Shown: positions 1 to 12,500 of the stretch, one piece after another | Layout of the letters: every line of letters starts with the position of its first letter | Position numbering within the stretch: the first letter of the stretch is position 1 | Assembly: GCF_964204645.1 (NCBI RefSeq) | Contig: NC_134028.1 | Location: 6,448,001-6,512,000, forward strand | Direction: 5' to 3' | DNA length: 64,000 nucleotides | From: Tubulanus polymorphus | Taxonomy: Eukaryota > Animalia > Nemertea | Made by a program: the position numbers and the translations under genes | Notes under the pieces: model-generated | The model's database searches: none | What the model was told of the DNA's origin: nothing | What the model saw: the letters and a program-made list of their open reading frames with translations, nothing else

Positions 1-639
1 CAATTGCAGTTTCATTGCTGATTATATTAACGATTGTTTCAGAGACTAGTCAGGATTTCACTGGGCATAGCCAGGCATAAATTAGCCACATAAGCCGAGG
101 ATTGTTCTATTAATCAGACATGCTGGAAATGAGTAAAAAAAAAACGACGCTGATTTTCGTGCTGTAAAAAATTTACATGGAAAAAAAACCTGCCCTCGAT
201 GTAAAAAGGTATGTAGCCATTTGATAATGAGTTACTCCCACTACGCAGACGTCTTCAATTAGAAAAGTTATTTCTTTTTCATCTAACGAATCACCAGTTT
301 CAGAAAGGATTTATAGTTAATCACCGTAAATTTTCGATGATAGAATTTTCAACATGAAATTACGTCGAGTCGCTGATTTAGCCGAGACTCATTTGTCAGA
401 TTTTAGCTAATCAGATATTCAAAACTAATTATCAGCGACTAATGAAGTTTTGGGCACTCATGAAACTGGGGGGCACGGAAACATTCTATTCAACCTCAAT
501 GATATAACTTATATAACTTTTAATTACGATCGATGTTGCATTACAATGAGTAATAACTCACACAGATTTTATATGTACCACTGACTGAGTTTCACAAAAC
601 TAATGGGAATAAATTTTCAGTTGTTGAATGTTGGTTTAA

Positions 640-898
640 CCCCTTCAGTGTATCTACACCGCTGCAGTGTCGTGTATAAATCGGTGATGGACTTATCTTA
701 GTACACAGCATCACAGTGTATTGATGTTCTTAGTAATTAGTTTTTAGCTTTATTGCTAGATGGCAGCACCTGTTAAGCAGTGAATGAAATTTTGTGTTGT
801 CCCTCTAACAGCTATATCGACACACTGTGATAGAATTTTGTTAAATTTTCAAATCATTTGCAGAACTTAGGGGTACCAATCAGTCAGCACTGAAAGGG
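640..898. mobile_element. piggyBac-type MITE (TTAA TSD)
   Basis: TTAA|CCCCTTCAGTG...CACTGAAAGGG|TTAA. Related copies lie at 14232-14459 and as fragments at ~2410-2830 and ~7880-8080. Confidence 0.7.
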
Positions 899-1812
899 TT
901 AATGAAAATAAGAATTAGGAACTAATCATATGGCATATTGTGAAACTCTGGCCAAGATTTGAATAAAAGCGATATCTACGAAACCGGCCGCTCGGTTCAA
1001 GTGTAACTATGACCTCTGCGTAGAGAGTACGTAACCGTTTTATCAGCGGTTATGGGATATGATTTATTATTATTCTGAGTGAAACGACTCTACCTTTCGT
1101 GCGAGACTTGTTCGCTACATGTCTAGCAGACGTACTATGTCGATGCAGTTTGGTTTCTCTATAGGGTTTTCCTAACGCAAATAACATGTACATACATGTA
1201 TAGCTGTGTGTTTCGATACTCGAGCATTCGGTTTAGGAAATCGATGAATTCGACCCACCCGCTGTAGGCCGCAGCTCGATTCATAGGGCTTCGCAATCGG
1301 AAATGGATTGCGAAGTCAAAGTATGCACTAGGTTCAGGTAGTTATGTATGACAATGTTTAAGTGATTTCAAAACCAAGGTATTCTAGTTTGTAAATCAAT
1401 GCAGTAGACTCGGCCACTGAATAGTTTGAATTCTGCTAAGGCTTTCATGACAAGGATAATTTTCAGCCATGGTAAGAAGCAAACAGATTAACTGGTACTC
1501 AGGATAAGGAGAAATCTACTGTAGTAGTAACTAGCAAAGGTATCTTCATTAAGGTTATGAAACATCATCCCAATTCAAAACGCTATCATCAAGAACCCAG
1601 GTCCATATTATCAAATAGTGACAAAGATTAATTGACCATCAATTATTGAACTCACAAAATTATGGAACAAAGCCCTCTTTATTTTACCCGTTTCCATAAA
1701 ATATAGTGCAAGACTCAGCCACAGTCGTGAGATAATACCGTAAAGTAAATTGATTTTCAATTGCCGTAAATCCTAAGATTAAATGATTTCACTACTGAAG
1801 AAACTTGATACA

Positions 1813-2084
1813 AAAGCCGTGATCACATTGAGATGATTTGGTCCGGGCCAAATTGGCACCGCTTTGGCCTGAGTCAAATTTGGCAAGTGTCTAATTAGAG
1901 AGCGCTTTCACCCATAAACCACTCACTCGATACTAAACAATGACAAGTTGCAATTAACACGCAACAATTTTGGCCGGTTCAAACATTTTTAGTTTGGCCT
2001 AACAGGCACGGGCCCATTTGGCACCCATGTGAATGGTTGTTCCAAATTTGGCCCGGGCCAAACACGCTCGTGTGATCGCGGTTT
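1813..2084. mobile_element. Dispersed MITE family with GGGCCAAATTTGGCCC internal motifs
   Basis: Terminal inverted repeats AAAGCCGTGATCACA...TGTGATCGCGGTTT. Homologous copies at ~28930-29120, ~29568-29750 and ~56673-56953 share 'CTAATTAG' and 'TCGATACTAA' cores. Confidence 0.7.
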
Positions 2085-2119
2085 GAGATATAAAGCAAAG
2101 AATTAAATGTTTTACAAAC

Positions 2120-5100
2120 CCGGTGTTGCAGCGAGTGTAACCTTCAACGTTCCTGGCTCCGCGTCGACGGCCGGTAACGCTCCCTCCATTTGCGTTTCGG
2201 GATGCTCTTGTGCCGGCTGCGTGAACTTCTTTCCGCGTTTCGACGCGGCTTTTGATATCGACGAGTGATCGGTCGGCAGATTCGCTAACTGATGAAACAC
2301 GGCTCGCTTTCGGATGATCGTGTACACTAAATTCGCGTTGCCTGAAAAAATTCGACGACGAAACCGATTTGTCAGAAACAATTTTCAATGACAAAATTTT
2401 TAGATTTTAAACGTTTCAGTGCGGTGTACTAATCAGTGATGAACTTTGCCTATACTTTGCATCACGGTGTATCAATGTAAATAGCTATTTCAACCCTTTT
2501 GGTGCAGTGTACAAATGAGTGATGGACTTTGCCTATATATTGCATCATGGTGTATCGACGTAATTAGTTGTTTTAACCCTTTCGGTACGGTGTATGAATC
2601 AGCGATGGTTTTTTTATACATTGCATCATGGTGTATCGATGTAATTAATTATTATCTCTATTGAATGATGGTAGCATGGTGAAATATGAGAAACTGATGG
2701 TACAACACACTTTAGCGGTTTAGAAGCACTATAGCGCGGTATAACAGTTATACAACGCACTTGGGTGGAATGAGCCAACATTTTCAAATTATCTCCAGCA
2801 CTTAAGGGTAAGAATTGGTCGGCACAGACCAGCCATAAATACAGCCAAATGCTATAGCGATACGGACCTAATTTATTGTTTCACGCAATTCTTTTTCTAA
2901 CATTCTTTTGACATGCATTGAACGCCATTCCATAGATAGTAACACCTAAACACTCACCATCGAATTGATACTGAATGATGTTATTGAACACTTCTAGTAG
3001 AAAGAAGACCAGATGATGATTAGTGGGACTGTTATACAAGAACCACGGTGTACTGAAAGCCTGAAAAAAAGAAAAGAGGTTCCGGCTCTAATCACAAGTT
3101 GAACTGGGCATACTAATATACATGCTGAATTTCAGTCTGATATATACCTCCAATAGGTGAAGTAACTTCGTACTGGCAACCATCGACAACGTTTTCAAAT
3201 ACGGAGACACTGTCAAATATATGATAAAATTTAACATTATATACCAATCACTCATAAATCTAACCATCAAATTTAAATCGAAGCTTCAGCTCTATGTTGC
3301 TACGTACCATTAACGATAATAGTGAGTAAACAATCAAATAAAGGCTGTAGTCTTTGATGACCCGTCGTTATTATTTTGTGGAATACCTACAACAAAGATC
3401 AATGCCCAATTCAATCATAAAGTAAACCTATGATGGCCTTAGTGCAGAGCAAAAATAATGCAGTTAAGAATTTCACTAATTACTAACTAGAGTGGAACTG
3501 CATTAATAGGAATCTTGCGGCAAAAAGTAAAATTGTTGTATTAAATGGGTTTAGTATTATCCAAAGCTTGATTTATATAGATATTTAAAATGGGACATGC
3601 TGAAAATCATCGTAATAAACAAGTTTTGTCTTTCATCTTAATCCTAGAGGTTCAACTGTATAACAATATCAACAATAGTGGAATCGGGTCGTAATGAAAG
3701 GAAACCGTATTTTCACTGTTTTCCCTATATTTGGACCCATACAATTATCACATCATGTTTTTTTTTTATATAAAAGGCTTGTACAATTCGAAGCCAACGT
3801 TTGACCCCCAACCTCTATTTTTCTTCATCCATTCATACACTACGCCGCGAATACTTACAATAATCAAGAAGTCGGCGTGCGTGCCGGTGAACACCGGTAT
3901 ATCCATCGGTATACGAATATTGTACGGTTTGTTCAGACGAACACCGAAATTACGTTCACCGCTCAACAACAGTAGAATGAACACGCCGATGTGCATTAAA
4001 CCAACACGAGCTAAAAATAAACACGAGCGAAAATTAGTTCATACCAAAGTTATCGACCTCATAGCCGAGAAAAGGAAATTTTCAGAGAAGAATAGTTCAT
4101 ACGGTATCAGGGATTGAGGGACACAGATTCATAGATATAGAGACTACTTACACTGGTCAGCTCTTGCGTCATTCAGATGAAACAAAATCGGCACCAAAAT
4201 ATCGAGCACGTCACTGCTTTTCAGGACGTAAAACATAAATTTCTGAAAGAAAAAACATCCATAGGGTAGGGGTAGAATATAAACTAATTCATGAAGAAAT
4301 TTGTTGAAAATTGTTTTTTTTTGAAAATTTCTACCTTGTTGATGTCGCACATCTTCCAGAACATGACTAACAATTCCTGGTAGAAAGTGATTTTCTTACA
4401 AGAACCGGGAAGATACGTCTGAATCAACGGATTGTTCAACAAACGAGTTATACCGCTTAGAATGAAGTGAAAATCCTAGAATAAAACATGAAAATAGCAG
4501 AGATCTTTTACGCATGAATATCGTATCGACTTACAGAAATAACAGTTCAATGAGCTATAGTTATTCTATCGATTTTGCAGTTTAGAAAAGCGAGTACAGT
4601 TGTGTGGAATGGAAGGTAAACATACCTCTTCCCTGTGTATTCTGGATAAGTAATTCAAGAATAAATTATCTGGGCCGCCAGACTGGAAAAATACAAATAA
4701 ATCATATAAATTCATGTATTGCGTCAAAACAGAAGAACTTATGAATAATTTGCCCCCGGCAAAGTGGTTTACGAGCATCAAGAGTTTCTTACAGTTACAA
4801 TAATTTGATAGCTTTTACTTGCATGCTGTTAAAATATTGAAATTCAAAATGACCAGAAAATCCATGACACAAAATTTGATATTGGCTGCGATTTTGCAAT
4901 TCTTTGTATTTCGCAAAGAAATAAACATTCCAAAAATTCTTGAATTATTAATTTATGTTTTGCATCAAAGCAGAACTTATGAAAAAGCATCCCATACCAT
5001 ACTATATAAAACTAGGTTAATCCATTATATCACAATTTCAAAGCAAAAACTTAAATAATACAGTAGACTCCTAGCACATTAAACTTGGATATCTCAAAAT

Positions 5101-8100
5101 TCCAGGGCTGGGTTTCATAGAGGTGGAAGAAAGATAGTCCCTGGGAACAGTTTGAAACTTGTCAGTTATAACCATGGTTTCTCATTGTTACTATGGTGGT
5201 TGTCACCCAGATTGAGGATTTACCCCTAGGGATAACTTTGATACTCAGTCTATGAAACCAGGCCCAGCAATTTAGTTGAGTTAAATAACTCCGAATAAGG
5301 CGGATTCTAATGTTCGTCTTATATGTTACATGGACTTACATCACTGTGATGATCGGCGGTTAGCGCGCTCTGTTCACCAGACGCCGCCTCGTTCTCCAGC
5401 GTAACGCACAGTACTTGCAACGAGGCTTCGACGAGCGGCTCTCGACAATCGGAGAACATCAGATGATTGTACGGCACGCCGTAACCTACCGGATCGTACG
5501 CGCATACGACATTCAACATCGACGTGAATAACGGCAAGGCGTGGCTGCAATATACCGTAACACCTTCGACATTAGATTTCTAGGCAACTTGAAGTTTTCT
5601 ACTCACGACTCGACCTAACTGACTATCTTGCTCTACCCCGGGGTTCATAGTAAGGGTGGCCACTCTCCACCCATTAAGTGAATTAGAGAAATTTCTAGGT
5701 CTAAAATGTTATAATTCATTCACTTTTCATTGAATCATGTATTGATAAAGAAACACATGGTCTAGCATTATCCAAAGTTCATGATTTTTTCCAGATTTCT
5801 CTGATTCCCTGAGTTTCCAAGTTTTTAAGGTCAGTGTTCACCCTGAGTGAGGCCAAGGCAAATAGTAAGCACTTATATAAGGTGAAGGGGACTTTTTGTC
5901 TATGAGCATCTATTTTTTGTGAACAGATACACTTTAATTGGTCAAATGGTTTAGTTTTCAAAGTTGTATTCACATACCGATTTTCCGTAGAACTGAAGTA
6001 AGATATCCATTGATTTGACTGCGTATGAGCATCGGCTAAAATAGAAATAACGCCAACAGCAATGACCAGACCAACACTTCAAAAACGAGAAACATGTACC
6101 TGAATCCAGAAATTAAGAAAATAGAACTCACCAACTGGCGGGAGGTACATTGTTTCGGAGAAACAGGTCAGTAAAAGTTTGAGAATCTCAGATCTATTCT
6201 GGTCATGGTAAGCATTGTGGGGCGGACTATGAGCGAATCCGACTCCAGACTCCCAAATATATTCACAACTATCTATTGTCTGTATGTCTTCAGGATTGTC
6301 CTAAAAATAACACAAGCACATACGTAGTTTGTAGGTTTGGAAATGAAACACTACAGGTTAAATCAATAATAGGAATCTTTTTCATAATGATTTATGTTAT
6401 CAATCCAACTTGGGCCTTTGTTATTGATGTATTTTCTTTAAAGAACAAAAATCAGCTGATATTGACAGTAACCGATAATGCAGAATGATTTTCAAAATAA
6501 GAATTATTTGATCGGAATAATCTTCATATCATTTTCTGTAGAGCAAAATACCGCGGCCAAACAATTAGTTCATTAAAAGCTTTAGAAGAATTCTAGCTTA
6601 CACATCCCATTACCAACATTCTGAATTTAGGGTCCTAGAGGAGTAAAGACACAAAATAATCAACAGGATTGATAAAAGGAGCAAGGTTCAAGGGAAGAAT
6701 CAGGAAAATCCTCACGGGCTAGGGATAAAGCATTTAAAATCAACTATTTCCTGATACATGTACGAAAAAAGAAAATTTTGTAATGACAACACAACAGAAA
6801 ATAGGCCCGAAATTCCAAAAAATCAGAACATCATAAATGAGATAAAATAATTTCAACACAACACAAACCAACTGGAAGTGATTTCATAAATGAAAGCATA
6901 GTAAAAAGGTTTTTTTTCAAGATGAAGCCAAGGAGTATTAGACATACATGAACTGCTCGCTACGAATATGAAATAAATAAAATATATTTTCGATAAATTA
7001 TATCAACCATCATCAACTTAATTTCAAAAATAACATAACGACATGACAAAACTATATCATCAAATCAAGGTCCACGTGCTCATTACGATGAAAAAATCTA
7101 AGAGTGACCGGTTATTTCAGCAATTTCAATGCTATCTAGATTCTGGTCAAAAACCGTTGAGTGCACAAACCCCGCGGAGCTATAGGCCTACAAAATAGTA
7201 TCTATTCTTTTTTGCGTATTGATGAAGATGAAAATATTGACTTACAGGTCCAGTTTTCTTCACGGACGCCACAGTAAAATCAGGACAAAACAACAGATCC
7301 TGAAATGGTCAAAATATATTCGTGTTTGAATGGCGAAACGTAACGTGCGAGATATCAAATCAATCAGCAGGCAATTGACACTTACCGATAATGCTGTTAA
7401 CAATGATTGAGCCAATGGAGGGCTGTCGTTCTGAAAGCGAATTAAGACTGTTCTCAATGCTCACAAACACGCTTTTTCAACACTACAGGCATACTAACTA
7501 ATCTGTAGCTATCCAGGCTAAATGGTCAGCTCGTGCGCAAGCGAGCTAACCAACTACTTTGGTCATAGGCAAAGCGACTGGAACGAGCTTGGCTTAAGTA
7601 CAGTTTTTCAGGTGCAAAATTTGTCAATTTTCTCGTTTTTTTTAAAAGATTTTTCTGATTCCCCGAGATTTCCGGGGCAGTGGACACCCTATATCAATCA
7701 TTATTACATACCAAAGAATCATCAGACTGCCCGGGCATTGTAGACCAAAAGAAGCCACGCCAATCAGGATCTTCGAAAATGTATGGAAGAATTCTTGTCA
7801 ATAGTCGCACGCAATTCAACACTGAAAATACATCATTGGAATCAATAGTTTTTTCAAAATCGTTTTGACTGATTTTTCTGTGTCGGTGCATCTACGCTGC
7901 AATGCGGTGTATAAATCAGTGGATTTTGCTAGTATACCACATTGGAGAGTATTGATTGGCACGTGTGAAACATAGTGAAATATTAGTAACTAACGATACA
8001 CTGCACTACGGTGTAGATGCACTATAGATGTGCGCCCGTTATTTAACGCACTGGGATAAAATTCTCAAATTATCTCTCAGCAGAGATTTCCAGATATCAA

Positions 8101-8503
8101 TTCATCAGCAATGAGTGGTTAAACTGACCAGTTTGTTGTTCTTTGTAAGTTTGACACGCTCCTTCGGAAGCTTGCACCAGTTTTTCGACCGCTTTGTAAC
8201 ACAACGTCGCTAGGTTCGACGGCGATTCTTCGCGTAGCGCGCGAATCTCGGCGGCCGGGATCAGCGTGAACACATCCTGAACGCTTGTTACACATTCCGA
8301 CCAAAACTGATTCCAAAATGCTTCATCTCCTGCTTCAACGGGCTACATAAAAAAAAAGCGAATTCAGAAATTCTTCCAATTTTATTACAGTAAGAAAAGT
8401 GGTTTTTCTAATGGTTGATATATCTAAGTATTCGTACCTGAGTTTTTGTGGTTAGTTGAATAACAGCTTTCCTAAAATTTAGCTTCGATTCTTGATTACC
8501 CAT
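2120..8503 (-). CDS. HID1: HID1 domain-containing protein (Golgi / dense-core vesicle biogenesis), multi-exon, 3'-partial
   Basis: GT-AG exons: 8438-8503 (MGNQESKLNFRKAVIQLTTKTQ), 8129-8342, 7712-7821 (LLTRILPYIFEDPDWRGFFWS), 7386-7430, 7246-7299, 6132-6300 (DSCEYIWESGVGFAH), 5978-6035, 5340-5544 (CAYDPVGYGVPYNHL), 4626-4682, 4335-4475, 4152-4242, 3859-4010 (HIGVFILLLLSGERNFGVRLNKPY), 3308-3386, 3148-3209, 2958-3060, 2120-2341 (NLVYTIIRKR...EPGTLK). The motifs closely match vertebrate HID1 as I recall it. The C-terminal exons were not found in 1-2119. Confidence 0.96.
5105..5265. mobile_element. Short MITE (GGGCYNGGTTTCA...TGAAACCAGGCCC family)
   Basis: Terminal inverted repeats GGGCTGGGTTTCATAGA / TCTATGAAACCAGGCCC. 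Similar termini occur at ~22981-23097, ~23189, ~17430-17580 and ~18903. Confidence 0.55.
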
Positions 8504-9246
8504 TTTTTAGCATCTATCAGATCTGGTTTCAATTCAGCACGAAATATTCACGATATTTGTTTGTTGTTGTCGACCTTGAACTATAAGGAATATAACAAGT
8601 AAAATTGTATTCATTTAGGGCTGAACAAGTGCGTGATCATTTGGTGGCTGCTGTATGAAGCCATATGGGCAGCTTGGAGGAGGCACCTAGTCTCAAGGGA
8701 ACAATCAGTGCCAGATTCCTTCCCAGAATTTCAACGGGTCCCTCAAAACAGACAAAAGTAAACCGTGAGCCTGAGAGAAATTCTACTGATCTGCTTTTTC
8801 CAATGAAAATACAATTATACAATCTAAAATATGATATTTTCCCCATAGCAAAAAGCGTGGAGAATTCAACCACATCTGGCTAATTTTCATAAGCTTTTTG
8901 GTTGGGCTAGAACACCGGTTTGACCGACAACCCGAATTTAGCGTTGTGGAGCTCAGAAAAGCCTGCTGGCGCCATATTCATATGTCCTTCCCCTCATCTT
9001 TTGGTAGACTCCCAGCAAAAGAAAGGTGACCTAACCAGAAGTATTAAATGATGCCATTTAGATAATTATTAAACATTGATGACAATTTGACAGCGAACAG
9101 AATAATTATTCATAGATGGCAGCACTAACTAAACGATTTGACATGTCATCTCTCCAAAATCTAAAGCCATTTTATCGCCGAAAACCAAACGTTATTCTTT
9201 AAAAATGAATTTTTCAGCAACTTATTCGATAAATAAACTATCTTAC

Positions 9247-9593
9247 CGAATCCTAGTTTATAATAAACGACGTCTTGCTTTCCCTAAATAACGAGATACA
9301 TCGTCTCTTATCTCACTGACGGCGAAAACACTTCTCTATTCGAGCTAATTTCTCGAGTCATCCGCGGATGGCGAGTCACGACAAGTGTGACGTATGCGGT
9401 ACAATAAAAACCCGTGATTCAAGAAACGATCAAGAATTTTGAACGTGGATGGAAATATAGAAATATATGATTCTCTACAAAAAGAAATGTTTTCTGTTTA
9501 TTTGGTGATATTTGATTAGTTTTCTTGGATTCTATCTATTCAAAAACTCAATCGTCGTGACAAGTGCACATGTACATAGTTTCAGTTTGAAAT
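9247..9593. promoter_or_regulatory. Probable bidirectional promoter HID1/TFAM
   Basis: The two genes are divergent. A minus-strand donor (GTAAG) at 9246 and an acceptor at 8581 suggest a non-coding HID1 first exon ending at 9247. The stretch is CpG-rich with TGACGT near 9388, and a YY1-like AATATGGCGG overlaps the TFAM ATG. Confidence 0.5.
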
Positions 9594-12500
9594 ATGGCGG
9601 CTTTTCGGAGTGTGCGCTTTTTGGCGAGCGTGAATAGTTATTTCAGGGCCTCGAATTGCTCGTTCTTGCAAAGAATAAGGTATTTTCAAAACAATCGTAA
9701 CCAATATTTGGTAACAAACTGCTATTGGAATGTTGCTCGCCCGAAATTAAATAATTCTAGGAGTTCTTCATCACCACTCCGAAAATCAAATCCAATCCAA
9801 ACAAGAAGCATATTTTATTCAAAAACATATTTTCCTTACATTTATAATCACAGAGGCCTGGGCTTATTTTGTCTCACCCTTAATCTTCATATTAAATAGC
9901 CTGATACGTTTTGAATTAATCTTTTTTGTGTCGTTTCAGCCCATTAAATTGCGTTCAAGAAAGATCATTTGTAAAAGATCGGCCCGAAATTCCGAAGGCA
10001 CCTACTACACCGTTTGTTAAGTTTATTACCGAAAACCGCAATGATATATTGAATAACAATCCAAGTAAGTTGAATTAAAAATGATAGAGAAATTTTGAGA
10101 AAACTGATTATAAAAGCGTACCACAAATGATTAGGTAACTAACAGAATCTCAATTGTTCCATTTTATTGTAGAGCTAAAGACAGTCGAAGTCACTAAGAT
10201 CGCAAGCGGAATGTGGAAAAACCTAGATGAATCTGATAAACAGGTAATTTATCACTCATGGGACCCTTTACTGTGCTAGGAATTTCATTAATTTTGGATG
10301 ATTTTCTTGTTTTTTTTTTATTTCCAGAAATATCGGAACCAGTACAAAGAAGAATTGAGGTCTTTTCAGGAAAATACCGATCCGGAATTATTAAAAGCTC
10401 GTACGGATTTAATTCGAGAAAAGAGAAATAAATTGAAGAAGAGAAGAGCTCGCCTGGCCCATCGCGAGGTAGGAGAAATTAACCAGTTATTCTTTCATGT
10501 GCCTTTTGAAAAATGAATTGAAAATGAGTAGTTTGTTATGTAGAATAGATGAGAAATTCAGTATAAAAAATACACTTCAGGAACTACGAGAACTGAAGAA
10601 ACCGAAGAGTCCTATGAAACCTTTCTTTATGTTCGTCGAAAACCGACCAAAATCAGATTCAACGTCCAATCATTTGGTAGGTATCCTGCAGAAATTAATT
10701 TTTGTGAAAAGATACTCAGTCTGAAGTGCCTACTGTCACCACAGGCACTTGAATATGGGCTTTGATAATGGATAAATATTTGATAATTTACCAGCGATAC
10801 ATTAATCCTACTTTAATAGATCCGCCATGTTTTAAAATAAATTTACCCATGATGCAACGCGCGCCGGTCGTTTAGCTATACTATACAGAAAGGCTGGAAA
10901 CGATCCTATTTCCGTAATGCTTAAATCTACCCGCAGTTATCGGGATAGCCGAACACTGCCGATGATTGCCGAAGTACGTCCTTAGTGTCAATTTTAATCC
11001 TGAAATATAGGAGCGCCCATAATTTCAATTGTAGATGATTTTTTTGGAAAAATTGACACTGTTTTAGCTCCATTAAAGATTTTAAATGGCAACAAAGTTG
11101 ATTTTTGAAAATTCGCGATGCCTCTTCGGGATTGCTGTGACGTCATCTGTCCCGATAACTGCGGGTAGATTTAAGCATTACGGAGATAGGATCGTTTCCA
11201 GCCTTTCTGTATAGTATAGCTAAACGACCGGCGCGCGTTGCATCATGGGTAAATTTATTTTAAAACATGGCGGATCTTTTAAAGTAGGATTAACGTATCG
11301 CTGGTAAATTATCAAATATTTATCCATTATCAAAGCCCATATTCAAGTGCCTGTGCTGTCACACACAAATACCAGCTAGGTAATTAAGCCAAGACTGTTT
11401 GTCATTTTTGTAGGATCATATAAGAGCAGTTGCTGCAGAATGGAATTCATTGTCCCCAGAACAAAAACAGGTTAGTAAGGCTAAAGTAATTTATACCTTG
11501 TTTCTCTTAGTCTTAATTGGCCAGGTCATTTTGTAAAACGCAATGAAATTTGTAATCAATTGATTTCCATAACTGCTGGATCTGTTATGGTTAGCTTGAT
11601 CTTGATTTTAAAAGTAACAATATGTACAGGGTACTAGATAGGCATGCAGCTGGGTCAACTTTTGAGCTCAGCGGAAATGAGAAACAAGGTATCTATCAAT
11701 TGGTGTAAATATATTTTTGAATGAATTTGTCGATTTTTTAGCCTTTTTGGGACTTTAGTCCCAGCGGGCTATTGCGTTCACTTTTCGTCCGTCCGTCCGT
11801 CCGTAGACGGAATCCAGTTATTTTGGGAAGTTTTGAAGACGCTTCAAGGTAATGTCTTGATATTTGGGTTACACATGTATCTACCCTAGACACATCTTCA
11901 GCCCAAAAACTGGCCCTGTCAGATTCAAGATGGCCAACTGGCAGCCATTGTTGTTCGCCAAAATCAGCACTTTTTACACATTTTTGAACTTTTTGAGGGA
12001 AATTTTGAAGACACTTTGATCTTTCGGATATATGTGAATTCCCCCAGGGTACATCAGCAAAACAAAAATTGGGTCAATCGGACTCAAGATGGCCGTCCTA
12101 TGACCTTTTTAGTGCCCAAAAAATGTTAATTTTGGCCCAAATTCTGAGTCCTGTAGCTTCCTACTGGTTTATCATTTCTCATTGCAATTTGTGATGGGTA
12201 TTCTTTGGAAAGGGATGTTTTATACCTGAGACAGGTATTTTTCATCAGCCAATTATGACGCAATTGGCGGCCATCTTGGTGTCAGCAGTACTAATTCGTA
12301 AGTGGGAAAAAGTTTTTCCACATTATATTGATACCTAAGCGTATTTTGTTACCACAATCATTTAGAAAATTGTAGCTCATAACGTGTTCTATGATTGTGG
12401 TGAGTTTCAAGGTCATTGGTTTTTGTTAATGGCCACCAGGGGGCGTTGAATAATGCAATATCTTAGTATTTCTTTATTATATTCGTATCAATGCATATTT

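Noticed and set aside
1003-1017. GTAACTATGACCTCT resembling the 28S rRNA homing-endonuclease/R2 target region
   Set aside because: Only about 11 nt match and there is no flanking rRNA similarity, so it is a chance match.
8680-8730. RNase P RNA gene call
   Set aside because: The CR-I-like words are split by about 20 extra nt and no CR-V partner (ACCCAAUUCAGAC-like) was found. The region is kept only as an unexplained island.
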